Shown piece after piece: positions 1 to 15,000 of a stretch of 64,000 bases of DNA. The stretch spans positions 930,001 through 994,000 of the forward strand of contig OZ237735.1 of the NCBI GenBank assembly GCA_965178125.1, in the 5' to 3' direction. This DNA comes from Bilabrum cf. latius (Eukaryota). The position numbers and the translations under genes are program-made. Under the pieces are notes generated by a model. It did no database searches, had not been told where the DNA came from, and was given only the letters and a program-made list of their open reading frames with translations. Every line of letters starts with the position of its first letter. The first letter of the stretch is position 1.

Positions 1-3000
1 GACCCCTTCACGCCAGACCCAGATGACACAGACACAGACCCGGACTCGCCCACCGTCGCAGACCCAGACCCCACTGACACTGACCCAGACGTGCCCGACC
101 CTGCAAGCCCGCTGCCCACTGTCACGCTCCCGCTCAGACCCGCCGTGGACTTGCCAGATACCACCGACACCGTGCCCGACGCTCCAGCAGACCCCACGCC
201 ATCCGCCGACCGCACCGTCACCAGCCCGCTCGTGGCCTCGCTGGCGCCCACGCCAGATGCCACGGACACCAGCCCGCCCGTGCTGGACGTGTCCGTCGAC
301 TCACCGCCGAACACGTACACCGACCCGCCCACGCCCGATGACGCCTTCGAAGACGTCACTGACACAGACCCAGACGCGCCCAGCGAGGACTCGCCGGCCG
401 ACAGCACCAGCCATCCCACAGACCCGGACCCCACGTTCCCGGACTCCACCAACACATGGCCGCTGCTGCCCACGTGCGCCGCGCCGCTACGCAGCACCAG
501 CCCGCCCGACGGGCCGCCGGAGCTCACGCCCGATCCCACCGTCACCGACCCAGACCCGGAGCTTGACGCAGACCCGGACTCCAGACTCACAGACCCAGAC
601 GACCCCTTCACGCCAGACCCAGATGACACAGACACAGACCCGGACTCGCCCACCGTCGCAGACCCAGACCCCACTGACACTGACCCAGACGTGCCCGACC
701 CTGCAAGCCCGCTGCCCACTGTCACGCTCCCGCTCAGACCCGCCGTGGACTTGCCAGATACCACCGACACCGTGCCCGACGCTCCGGCAGACCCCACGCC
801 ATCCGCCGACCGCACCGTCACCAGCCCGCTCGTGGCCTCGCTGGCGCCCACGCCAGATGCCACGGACACCAGCCCGCCCGTGCTCGACGTGTCCGTCGAC
901 TCACCGCCGAACACGTACACCGACCCGCCCACGCCCGATGACGCCTTCGAAGACGTCACTGACACAGACCCAGACGCGCCCAGCGAGGACTCGCCGGCCG
1001 ACAGCACCAGCCATCCCACAGACCCGGACCCCACGTTCCCGGACTCCACCAACACATGACCGCTGCTGCCCACGTGCGCCGCGCCGCTACGCAGCACCAG
1101 CCCGCCCGACGGGCCGCCGGAGCTCACGCCCGATCCCACCGTCACCGACCCAGACCCGGAGCTTGACGCAGACCCGGACTCCAGACTCACAGACCCAGAC
1201 GACCCCTTCACGCCAGACCCAGATGACACAGACACAGACCCGGACTCGCCCACCGTCGCAGACCCAGACCCCACTGACACTGACCCAGACGTGCCCGACC
1301 CTGCAAGCCCGCTGCCCACTGTCACGCTCCCGCTCAGACCCGCCGTGGACTTGCCAGATACCACCGACACCGTGCCCGACGCTCCGGCAGACCCCACGCC
1401 ATCCGCCGACCGCACCGTCACCAGCCCGCTCGTGGCCTCGCTGGCGCCCACGCCAGATGCCACGGACACCAGCCCGCCCGTGCTCGACGTGTCCGTCGAC
1501 TCACCGCCGAACACGTACACCGACCCGCCCACGCCCGATGACGCCTTCGAAGACGTCACTGACACAGACCCAGACGCGCCCAGCGAGGACTCGCCGGCCG
1601 ACAGCACCAGCCATCCCACAGACCCGGACCCCACGTTCCCGGACTCCACCAACACATGGCCGCTGCTGCCCACGTGCGCCGCGCCGCTACGCAGCACCAG
1701 CCCGCCCGACGGGCCGCCGGAGCTCACGCCCGATCCCACCGTCACCGACCCAGACCCGGAGCTTGACGCAGACCCGGACTCCAGACTCACAGACCCAGAC
1801 GACCCCTTCACGCCAGACCCAGATGACACAGACACAGACCCGGACTCGCCCACCGTCGCAGACCCAGACCCCACTGACACTGACCCAGACGTGCCCGACC
1901 CTGCAAGCCCGCTGCCCACTGTCACGCTCCCGCTCAGACCCGCCGTGGACTTGCCAGATACCACCGACACCGTGCCCGACGCTCCGGCAGACCCCACGCC
2001 ATCCGCCGACCGCACCGTCACCAGCCCGCTCGTGGCCTCGCTGGCGCCCACGCCAGATGCCACGGACACCAGCCCGCCCGTGCTGGACGTGTCCGTCGAC
2101 TCACCGCCGAACACGTACACCGACCCGCCCACGCCCGATGACGCCTTCGAAGACGTCACTGACACAGACCCAGACGCGCCCAGCGAGGACTCGCCGGCCG
2201 ACAGCACCAGCCATCCCACAGACCCGGACCCCACGTTCCCGGACTCCACCAACACATGGCCGCTGCTGCCCACGTGCGCCGCGCCGCTACGCAGCACCAG
2301 CCCGCCCGACGGGCCGCCGGAGCTCACGCCCGATCCCACCGTCACCGACCCAGACCCGGAGCTTGACGCAGACCCGGACTCCAGACTCACAGACCCAGAC
2401 GACCCCTTCACGCCAGACCCAGATGACACAGACACAGACCCGGACTCGCCCACCGTCGCAGACCCAGACCCCACTGACACTGACCCAGACGTGCCCGACC
2501 CTGCAAGCCCGCTGCCCACTGTCACGCTCCCGCTCAGACCCGCCGTGGACTTGCCAGATACCACCGACACCGTGCCCGACGCTCCAGCAGACCCCACGCC
2601 ATCCGCCGACCGCACCGTCACCAGCCCGCTCGTGGCCTCGCTGGCGCCCACGCCAGATGCCACGGACACCAGCCCGCCCGTGCTGGACGTGTCCGTCGAC
2701 TCACCGCCGAACACGTACACCGACCCGCCCACGCCCGATGACGCCTTCGAAGACGTCACTGACACAGACCCAGACGCGCCCAGCGAGGACTCGCCGGCCG
2801 ACAGCACCAGCCATCCCACAGACCCGGACCCCACGTTCCCGGACTCCACCAACACATGGCCGCTGCTGCCCACGTGCGCCGCGCCGCTACGCAGCACCAG
2901 CCCGCCCGACGGGCCGCCGGAGCTCACGCCCGATCCCACCGTCACCGACCCAGACCCGGAGCTTGACGCAGACCCGGACTCCAGACTCACAGACCCAGAC

Positions 3001-6000
3001 GACCCCTTCACGCCAGACCCAGATGACACAGACACAGACCCGGACTCGCCCACCGTCGCAGACCCAGACCCCACTGACACTGACCCAGACGTGCCCGACC
3101 CTGCAAGCCCGCTGCCCACTGTCACGCTCCCGCTCAGACCCGCCGTGGACTTGCCAGATACCACCGACACCGTGCCCGACGCTCCAGCAGACCCCACGCC
3201 ATCCGCCGACCGCACCGTCACCAGCCCGCTCGTGGCCTCGCTGGCGCCCACGCCAGATGCCACGGACACCAGCCCGCCCGTGCTCGACGTGTCCGTCGAC
3301 TCACCGCCGAACACGTACACCGACCCGCCCACGCCCGATGACGCCTTCGAAGACGTCACTGACACAGACCCAGACGCGCCCAGCGAGGACTCGCCGGCCG
3401 ACAGCACCAGCCATCCCACAGACCCGGACCCCACGTTCCCGGACTCCACCAACACATGGCCGCTGCTGCCCACGTGCGCCGCGCCGCTACGCAGCACCAG
3501 CCCGCCCGACGGGCCGCCGGAGCTCACGCCCGATCCCACCGTCACCGACCCAGACCCGGAGCTTGACGCAGACCCGGACTCCAGACTCACAGACCCAGAC
3601 GACCCCTTCACGCCAGACCCAGATGACACAGACACAGACCCGGACTCGCCCACCGTCGCAGACCCAGACCCCACTGACACTGACCCAGACGTGCCCGACC
3701 CTGCAAGCCCGCTGCCCACTGTCACGCTCCCGCTCAGACCCGCCGTGGACTTGCCAGATACCACCGACACCGTGCCCGACGCTCCAGCAGACCCCACGCC
3801 ATCCGCCGACCGCACCGTCACCAGCCCGCTCGTGGCCTCGCTGGCGCCCACGCCAGATGCCACGGACACCAGCCCGCCCGTGCTCGACGCGTCCGCCGAC
3901 TCACCGCCGAGCACGTACACCGACCCGCCCACGCCCGATGACGCCTTCGAAGACGTCACTGACACAGACCCAGACGCGCCCAGCGAGGACTCGCCGGCCG
4001 ACAGCACCAGCCATCCCACAGACCCGGACCCCACGTTCCCGGACTCCACCAACACATGGCCGCTGCTGCCCACGTGCGCCGCGCCGCTACGCAGCACCAG
4101 CCCGCCCGACGGGCCGCCGGAGCTCACGCCCGATCCCACCGTCACCGACCCAGACCCGGAGCTTGACGCAGACCCGGACTCCAGACTCACAGACCCAGAC
4201 GACCCCTTCACGCCAGACCCAGATGACACAGACACAGACCCGGACTCGCCCACCGTCGCAGACCCAGACCCCACTGACACTGACCCAGACGTGCCCGACC
4301 CTGCAAGCCCGCTGCCCACTGTCACGCTCCCGCTCAGACCCGCCGTGGACTTGCCAGATACCACCGACACCGTGCCCGACGCTCCAGCAGACCCCACGCC
4401 ATCCGCCGACCGCACCGTCACCAGCCCGCTCGTGGCCTCGCTGGCGCCCACGCCAGATGCCACGGACACCAGCCCGCCCGTGCTGGACGTGTCCGTCGAC
4501 TCACCGCCGAACACGTACACCGACCCGCCCACGCCCGATGACGCCTTCGAAGACGTCACTGACACAGACCCAGACGCGCCCAGCGAGGACTCGCCGGCCG
4601 ACAGCACCAGCCATCCCACAGACCCGGACCCCACGTTCCCGGACTCCACCAACACATGGCCGCTGCTGCCCACGTGCGCCGCGCCGCTACGCAGCACCAG
4701 CCCGCCCGACGGGCCGCCGGAGCTCACGCCCGATCCCACCGTCACCGACCCAGACCCGGAGCTTGACGCAGACCCGGACTCCAGACTCACAGACCCAGAC
4801 GACCCCTTCACGCCAGACCCAGATGACACAGACACAGACCCGGACTCGCCCACCGTCGCAGACCCAGACCCCACTGACACTGACCCAGACGTGCCCGACC
4901 CTGCAAGCCCGCTGCCCACTGTCACGCTCCCGCTCAGACCCGCCGTGGACTTGCCAGATACCACCGACACCGTGCCCGACGCTCCGTCAGACCCCACGCC
5001 ATCCGCCGACCGCACCGTCACCAGCCCGCTCGTGGCCTCGCTGGCGCCCACGCCAGATGCCACGGACACCAGCCCGCCCGTGCTCGACGTGTCCGTCGAC
5101 TCACCGCCGAACACGTACACCGACCCGCCCACGCCCGATGACGCCTTCGAAGACGTCACTGACACAGACCCAGACGCGCCCAGCGAGGACTCGCCGGCCG
5201 ACAGCACCAGCCATCCCACAGACCCGGACCCCACGTTCCCGGACTCCACCAACACATGGCCGCTGCTGCCCACGTGCGCCGCGCCGCTACGCAGCACCAG
5301 CCCGCCCGACGGGCCGCCGGAGCTCACGCCCGATCCCACCGTCACCGACCCAGACCCGGAGCTTGACGCAGACCCGGACTCCAGACTCACAGACCCAGAC
5401 GACCCCTTCACGCCAGACCCAGATGACACAGACACAGACCCGGACTCGCCCACCGTCGCAGACCCAGACCCCACTGACACTGACCCAGACGTGCCCGACC
5501 CTGCAAGCCCGCTGCCCACTGTCACGCTCCCGCTCAGACCCGCCGTGGACTTGCCAGATACCACCGACACCGTGCCCGACGCTCCGTCAGACCCCACGCC
5601 ATCCGCCGACCGCACCGTCACCAGCCCGCTCGTGGCCTCGCTGGCGCCCACGCCAGATGCCACGGACACCAGCCCGCCCGTGCTCGACGTGTCCGCCGAC
5701 TCACCGCCGAACACGTACACCGACCCGCCCACGCCCGATGACGCCTTCGAAGACGTCACTGACACAGACCCAGACGCGCCCAGCGAGGACTCGCCGGCCG
5801 ACAGCACCAGCCATCCCACAGACCCGGACCCCACGTTCCCGGACTCCACCAACACATGGCCGCTGCTGCCCACGTGCGCCGCGCCGCTACGCAGCACCAG
5901 CCCGCCCGACGGGCCGCCGGAGCTCACGCCCGATCCCACCGTCACCGACCCAGACCCGGAGCTTGACGCAGACCCGGACTCCAGACTCACAGACCCAGAC

Positions 6001-9000
6001 GACCCCTTCACGCCAGACCCAGATGACACAGACACAGACCCGGACTCGCCCACCGTCGCAGACCCAGACCCCACTGACACTGACCCAGACGTGCCCGACC
6101 CTGCAAGCCCGCTGCCCACTGTCACGCTCCCGCTCAGACCCGCCGTGGACTTGCCAGATACCACCGACACCGTGCCCGACGCTCCGGCAGACCCCACGCC
6201 ATCCGCCGACCGCACCGTCACCAGCCCACTCGTGGCCTCGCTGGCGCCCACGCCAGATGCCACGGACACCAGCCCGCCCGTGCTCGACGTGTCCGTCGAC
6301 TCACCGCCGAACACGTACACCGACCCGCCCACGCCCGATGACGCCTTCGAAGACGTCACTGACACAGACCCAGACGCGCCCAGCGAGGACTCGCCGGCCG
6401 ACAGCACCAGCCATCCCACAGACCCGGACCCCACGTTCCCGGACTCCACCAACACATGGCCGCTGCTGCCCACGTGCGCCGCGCCGCTACGCAGCACCAG
6501 CCCGCCCGACGGGCCGCCGGAGCTCACGCCCGATCCCACCGTCACCGACCCAGACCCGGAGCTTGACGCAGACCCGGACTCCAGACTCACAGACCCAGAC
6601 GACCCCTTCACGCCAGACCCAGATGACACAGACACAGACCCGGACTCGCCCACCGTCGCAGACCCAGACCCCACTGACACTGACCCAGACGTGCCCGACC
6701 CTGCAAGCCCGCTGCCCACTGTCACGCTCCCGCTCAGACCCGCCGTGGACTTGCCAGATACCACCGACACCGTGCCCGACGCTCCAGCAGACCCCACGCC
6801 ATCCGCCGACCGCACCGTCACCAGCCCGCTCGTGGCCTCGCTGGCGCCCACGCCAGATGCCACGGACACCAGCCCGCCCGTGCTGGACGTGTCCGTCGAC
6901 TCACCGCCGAACACGTACACCGACCCGCCCACGCCCGATGACGCCTTCGAAGACGTCACTGACACAGACCCAGACGCGCCCAGCGAGGACTCGCCGGCCG
7001 ACAGCACCAGCCATCCCACAGACCCGGACCCCACGTTCCCGGACTCCACCAACACATGACCGCTGCTGCCTACTGTGCTAGACCCGGTGCCAAGTCGCAA
7101 AGACCCAGACGACCCAGATCCAGCCGACCCAGTCAGCAGCGATCCAGACCCACTGCTGCCCACGTGTGCCGCGCCGCTACGCAGCACCAGCCCGCCCGAC
7201 GGGCCGCCGGAGCTCACGCCCGATCCCACCGTCACCGACCCAGACCCGGAGCTTGACGCAGACCCGGACTCCAGACTCACAGACCCAGACGACCCCTTCA
7301 CGCCAGACCCAGATGACACAGACACAGACCCGGACTCGCCCACCGTCGCAGACCCAGACCCCACTGACACTGACCCAGACGTGCCCGACCCTGCAAGCCC
7401 GCTGCCCACTGTCACGCTCCCGCTCAGACCCGCCGTGGACTTGCCAGATACCACCGACACCGTGCCCGACGCTCCGGCAGACCCCACGCCATCCGCCGAC
7501 CGCACCGTCACCAGCCCGCTCGTGGCCTCGCTGGCGCCCACGCCAGATGCCACGGACACCAGCCCGCCCGTGCTCGACGCGTCCGTCGACTCACCGCCGA
7601 ACACGTACACCGACCCGCCCACGCCCGATGACGCCTTCGAAGACGTCACTGACACAGACCCAGACGCGCCCAGCGAGGACTCGCCGGCCGACAGCACCAG
7701 CCATCCCACAGACCCGGACCCCACGTTCCCGGACTCCACCAACACATGACCGCTGCTGCCTACTGTGCTAGACCCGGTGCCAAGTCGCAAAGACCCAGAC
7801 GATCCAGACACAGCCGACCCAGTCAGCAACAATCCAGAACCACTGCTGCCCACGTGCGCCGCGCCGCTACGCAGCACCAGCCCGCCCGACGGGCCGCCGG
7901 AGCTCACGCCCGATCCCACCGTCACCGACCCAGACCTGGAGCTTGACGCAGACCCGGACTCCAGACTCACAGACCCAGACGACCCCTTCACGCCAGACCC
8001 AGATGACACAGACACAGACCCGGACTCGCCCACCGTCGCAGACCCAGACCCCACTGACACTGACCCAGACGTGCCCGACCCTGCAAGCCCGCTGCCCACT
8101 GTCACGCTCCCGCTCAGACCCGCCGTGGACTTGCCAGATACCACCGACACCGTGCCCGACGCTCCGTCAGACCCCACGCCATCCGCCGACCGCACCGTCA
8201 CCAGCCCGCTCGTGGCCTCGCTGGCGCCCACGCCAGATGCCACGGACACCAGCCCGCCCGTGCTCGACGTGTCCGTCGACTCACCGCCGAACACGTACAC
8301 CGACCCGCCCACGCCCGATGACGCCTTCGAAGACGTCACTGACACAGACCCAGACGCGCCCAGCGAGGACTCGCCGGCCGACAGCACCAGCCATCCCACA
8401 GACCCGGACCCCACGTTCCCGGACTCCACCAACACATGGCCGCTGCTGCCCACGTGCGACGCGCCGCTACGCAGCACCAGCCCGCCCGACGGGCCGCCGG
8501 AGCTCACGCCCGATCCCACCGTCACCGACCCAGACCCGGAGCTTGACGCAGACCCGGACTCCAGACTCACAGACCCAGACGACCCCTTCACGCCAGACCC
8601 AGATGACACAGACACAGACCCGGACTCGCCCACCGTCGCAGACCCAGACCCCACTGACACTGACCCAGACGTGCCCGACCCTGCAAGCCCGCTGCCCACT
8701 GTCACGCTCCCGCTCAGACCCGCCGTGGACTTGCCAGATACCACCGACACCGTGCCCGACGCTCCGTCAGACCCCACGCCATCCGCCGACCGCACCGTCA
8801 CCAGCCCGCTCGTGGCCTCGCTGGCGCCCACGCCAGATGCCACGGACACCAGCCCGCCCGTGCTCGACGTGTCCGTCGACTCACCGCCGAGCACGTACAC
8901 CGACCCGCCCACGCCCGATGACGCCTTCGAAGACGTCACTGACACAGACCCAGACGCGCCCAGCGAGGACTCGCCGGCCGAAAGCACCAGCCATCCCACA

Positions 9001-12000
9001 GACCCGGACCCCACGTTCCCGGACTCCACCAACACATGGCCGCTGCTGCCCACTGTGCTAGAGCCGGTGCCCAGTCGTAACAACCCGGACGATCCCGACC
9101 CAGCCGTACCAGTCAGCAGCGATCCAGACCCACTGCTGCCCACGTGTGCCGCGCCGCTACGCAGCACCAGCCCGCCCGACGGGCCGCCGGAGCTCACGCC
9201 CGATCCCACCGTCACCGACCCAGACCCGGAGCTTGACGCAGACCCGGACTCCAGACTCACAGACCCAGACGACCCCTTCACGCCAGACCCAGATGACACA
9301 GACACAGACCCGGACTCGCCCACCGTCGCAGACCCAGACCCCACTGACACTGACCCAGACGTGCCCGACCCTGCAAGCCCGCTGCCCACTGTCACGCTCC
9401 CGCTCAGACCCGCCGTGGACTTGCCAGATACCACCGACACCGTGCCCGACGCTCCGTCAGACCCCACGCCATCCGCCGACCGCACCGTCACCAGCCCGCT
9501 CGTGGCCTCGCTGGCGCCCACGCCAGATGCCACGGACACCAGCCCGCCCGTGCTCGACGTGTCCGTCGACTCACCGCCGAACACGTACACCGACCCGCCC
9601 ACGCCCGATGACGCCTTCGAAGACGTCACTGACACAGACCCAGACGCGCCCAGCGAGGACTCGCCGGCCGACAGCACCAGCCATCCCACAGACCCGGACC
9701 CCACGTTCCCAGACTCTACCAACACATGGCCGCTGCTGCCCTCTGTACTTGACCCGGTGCCCACACGCAGCGACCCGGACGACCCCGACCCAGCCGACCC
9801 AGTCAGCAGCGATCCAGACCCACTGCTGCCCACGTGCGCCGCGCCGCTACGCAGCACCAGCCCGCCCGACGGGCCGCCGGAGCTCACGCCCGATCCCACC
9901 GTCACCGACCCAGACCCGGAGCTTGACGCAGACCCGGACTCCAGACTCACAGACCCAGACGACCCCTTCACGCCAGACCCAGATGACACAGACACAGACC
10001 CGGACTCGCCCACCGTCGCAGACCCAGACCCCACTGACACTGACCCAGACGTGCCCGACCCTGCAAGCCCGCTGCCCACTGTCACGCTCCCGCTCAGACC
10101 CGCCGTGGACTTGCCAGATACCACCGACACCGTGCCCGACGCTCCGGCAGACCCCACGCCATCCGCCGACCGCACCGTCACCAGCCCGCTCGTGGCCTCG
10201 CTGGCGCCCACGCCAGATGCCACGGACACCAGCCCGCCCGTGCTCGACGTGTCCGTCGACTCACCGCCGAACACGTACACCGACCCGCCCACGCCCGATG
10301 ACGCCTTCGAAGACGTCACTGACACAGACCCAGACGCGCCCAGCGAGGACTCGCCGGCCGACAGCACCAGCCATCCCACAGACCCGGACCCCACGTTCCC
10401 GGACTCCACCAACACATGGCCGCTGCTGCCCACTGTGCTAGACCCGGTGCCCAGTCGTAGCGACCCAGACGATCCCGACCCAGCCGTACCAGTCAGCAGC
10501 GATCCAGACCCACTGCTGCCCACGTGCGACGCGCCGCTACGCAGCACCAGCCCGCCCGACGGGCCGCCGGAGCTCACGCCCGATCCCACCGTCACCGACC
10601 CAGACCCGGAGCTTGACGCAGACCCGGACTCCAGACTCACAGACCCAGACGACCCCTTCACGCCAGACCCAGATGACACAGACACAGACCCAGACGTGCC
10701 CGACCCTGCAAGCCCGCTGCCCACTGTCACGCTCCCGCTCAGACCCGCCGTGGACTTGCCAGATACCACCGACACCGTGCCCGACGCTCCGGCAGACCCC
10801 ACGCCATCCGCCGACCGCACCGTCACCAGCCCGCTCGTGGCCTCGCTGGCGCCCACGCCAGATGCCACGGACACCAGCCCGCCCGTGCTCGACGTGTCCG
10901 TCGACTCACCGCCGAACACGTACACCGACCCGCCCACGCCCGATGACGCCTTCGAAGACGTCACTGACACAGACCCAGACGCGCCCAGCGAGGACTCGCC
11001 GGCCGACAGCACCAGCCATCCCACAGACCCGGACCCCACGTTCCCGGACTCCACCAACACATGGCCGCTGCTGCCCACGTGCGCCGCGCCGCTACGCAGC
11101 ACCAGCCCGCCCGACGGGCCGCCGGAGCTCACGCCCGATCCCACCGTCACCGACCCAGACCCGGAGCTTGACGCAGACCCGGACTCCAGACTCACAGACC
11201 CAGACGACCCCTTCACGCCAGACCCAGATGACACAGACACAGACCCGGACTCGCCCACCGTCGCAGACCCAGACCCCACTGACACTGACCCAGACGTGCC
11301 CGACCCTGCAAGCCCGCTGCCCACTGTCACGCTCCCGCTCAGACCCGCCGTGGACTTGCCAGATACAACCGACACCGTGCCCGACGCTCCGGCAGACCCC
11401 ACGCCATCCGCCGACCGCACCGTCACCAGCCCGCTCGTGGCCTCGCTGGCGCCCACGCCAGATGCCACGGACACCAGCCCGCCCGTGCTCGACGTGTCCG
11501 TCGACTCACCGCCGAACACGTACACCGACCCGCCCACGCCCGATGACGCCTTCGAAGACGTCACTGACACAGACCCAGACGCGCCCAGCGAGGACTCGCC
11601 GGCCGACAGCACCAGCCATCCCACAGACCCGGACCCCACGTTCCCGGACTCCACCAACACATGGCCGCTGCTGCCCACGTGCGACGCGCCGCTACGCAGC
11701 ACCAGCCCGCCCGACGGGCCGCCGGAGCTCACGCCCGATCCCACCGTCACCGACCCAGACCCGGAGCTTGACGCAGACCCGGACTCCAGACTCACAGACC
11801 CAGACGACCCCTTCACGCCAGACCCAGATGACACAGACACAGACCCGGACTCGCCCACCGTCGCAGACCCAGACCCCACTGACACTGACCCAGACGTGCC
11901 CGACCCTGCAAGCCCGCTGCCCACTGTCACGCTCCCGCTCAGACCCGCCGTGGACTTGCCAGATACCACCGACACCGTGCCCGACGCTCCGGCAGACCCC

Positions 12001-15000
12001 ACGCCATCCGCCGACCGCACCGTCACCAGCCCGCTCGTGGCCTCGCTGGCGCCCACGCCAGATGCCACGGACACCAGCCCGCCCGTGCTCGACGTGTCCG
12101 TCGACTCACCGCCGAACACGTACACCGACCCGCCCACGCCCGATGACGCCTTCGAAGACGTCACTGACACAGACCCAGACGCGCCCAGCGAGGACTCGCC
12201 GGCCGACAGCACCAGCCATCCCACAGACCCGGACCCCACGTTCCCGGACTCCACCAACACATGACCGCTGCTGCCCACGTGCGCCGCGCCGCTGCGCAGC
12301 ACCAGCCCGCCCGACGGGCCGCCGGAGCTCACGCCCGATCCCACCGTCACCGACCCAGACCCGGAGCTTGACGCAGACCCGGACTCCAGACTCACAGACC
12401 CAGACGACCCCTTCACGCCAGACCCAGATGACACAGACACAGACCCGGACTCGCCCACCGTCGCAGACCCAGACCCCACTGACACTGACCCAGACGTGCC
12501 CGACCCTGCAAGCCCGCTGCCCACTGTCACGCTCCCGCTCAGACCCGCCGTGGACTTGCCAGATACCACCGACACCGTGCCCGACGCTCCGGCAGACCCC
12601 ACGCCATCCGCCGACCGCACCGTCACCAGCCCGCTCGTGGCCTCGCTGGCGCCCACGCCAGATGCCACGGACACCAGCCCGCCCGTGCTCGACGTGTCCG
12701 TCGACTCACCGCCGAACACGTACACCGACCCGCCCACGCCCGATGACGCCTTCGAAGACGTCACTGACACAGACCCAGACGCGCCCAGCGAGGACTCGCC
12801 GGCCGACAGCACCAGCCATCCCACAGACCCGGACCCCACGTTCCCGGACTCCACCAACACATGGCCGCTGCTGCCCACGTGCGCCGCGCCGCTACGCAGC
12901 ACCAGCCCGCCCGACGGGCCGCCGGAGCTCACGCCCGATCCCACCGTCACCGACCCAGACCCGGAGCTTGACGCAGACCCGGACTCCAGACTCACAGACC
13001 CAGACGACCCCTTCACGCCAGACCCAGATGACACAGACACAGACCCGGACTCGCCCACCGTCGCAGACCCAGACCCCACTGACACTGACCCAGACGTGCC
13101 CGACCCTGCAAGCCCGCTGCCCACTGTCACGCTCCCGCTCAGACCCGCCGTGGACTTGCCAGATACCACCGACACCGTGCCCGACGCTCCGTCAGACCCC
13201 ACGCCATCCGCCGACCGCACCGTCACCAGCCCGCTCGTGGCCTCGCTGGCGCCCACGCCAGATGCCACGGACACCAGCCCGCCCGTGCTCGACGTGTCCG
13301 TCGACTCACCGCCGAACACGTACACCGACCCGCCCACGCCCGATGACGCCTTCGAAGACGTCACTGACACAGACCCAGACGCGCCCAGCGAGGACTCGCC
13401 GGCCGACAGCACCAGCCATCCCACAGACCCGGACCCCACGTTCCCGGACTCCACCAACACATGGCCGCTGCTGCCCACGTGCGCCGCGCCGCTACGCAGC
13501 ACCAGCCCGCCCGACGGGCCGCCGGAGCTCACGCCCGATCCCACCGTCACCGACCCAGACCCGGAGCTTGACGCAGACCCGGACTCCAGACTCACAGACC
13601 CAGACGACCCCTTCACGCCAGACCCAGATGACACAGACACAGACCCGGACTCGCCCACCGTCGCAGACCCAGACCCCACTGACACTGACCCAGACGTGCC
13701 CGACCCTGCAAGCCCGCTGCCCACTGTCACGCTCCCGCTCAGACCCGCCGTGGACTTGCCAGATACCACCGACACCGTGCCCGACGCTCCGTCAGACCCC
13801 ACGCCATCCGCCGACCGCACCGTCACCAGCCCGCTCGTGGCCTCGCTGGCGCCCACGCCAGATGCCACGGACACCAGCCCGCCCGTGCTCGACGTGTCCG
13901 TCGACTCACCGCCGAACACGTACACCGACCCGCCCACGCCCGATGACGCCTTCGAAGACGTCACTGACACAGATCCAGACGCGCCCAGCGAGGACTCGCC
14001 GGCCGACAGCACCAGCCATCCCACAGACCCGGACCCCACGTTCCCGGACTCCACCAACACATGGCCGCTGCTGCCCACGTGCGCCGCGCCGCTACGCAGC
14101 ACCAGCCCGCCCGACGGGCCGCCGGAGCTCACGCCCGATCCCACCGTCACCGACCCAGACCCGGAGCTTGACGCAGACCCGGACTCCAGACTCACAGACC
14201 CAGACGACCCCTTCACGCCAGACCCAGATGACACAGACACAGACCCGGACTCGCCCACCGTCGCAGACCCAGACCCCACTGACACTGACCCAGACGTGCC
14301 CGACCCTGCAAGCCCGCTGCCCACTGTCACGCTCCCGCTCAGACCCGCCGTGGACTTGCCAGATACCACCGACACCGTGCCCGACGCTCCGGCAGACCCC
14401 ACGCCATCCGCCGACCGCACCGTCACCAGCCCGCTCGTGGCCTCGCTGGCGCCCACGCCAGATGCCACGGACACCAGCCCGCCCGTGCTCGACGTGTCCG
14501 TCGACTCACCGCCGAACACGTACACCGACCCGCCCACGCCCGATGACGCCTTCGAAGACGTCACTGACACAGACCCAGACGCGCCCAGCGAGGACTCGCC
14601 GGCCGACAGCACCAGCCATCCCACAGACCCGGACCCCACGTTCCCGGACTCCACCAACACATGGCCGCTGCTGCCCACGTGCGCCGCGCCGCTACGCAGC
14701 ACCAGCCCGCCCGACGGGCCGCCGGAGCTCACGCCCGATCCCACCGTCACCGACCCAGACCCGGAGCTTGACGCAGACCCGGACTCCAGACTCACAGACC
14801 CAGACGACCCCTTCACGCCAGACCCAGATGACACAGACACAGACCCGGACTCGCCCACCGTCGCAGACCCAGACCCCACTGACACTGACCCAGACGTGCC
14901 CGACCCTGCAAGCCCGCTGCCCACTGTCACGCTCCCGCTCAGACCCGCCGTGGACTTGCCAGATACCACCGACACCGTGCCCGACGCTCCGTCAGACCCC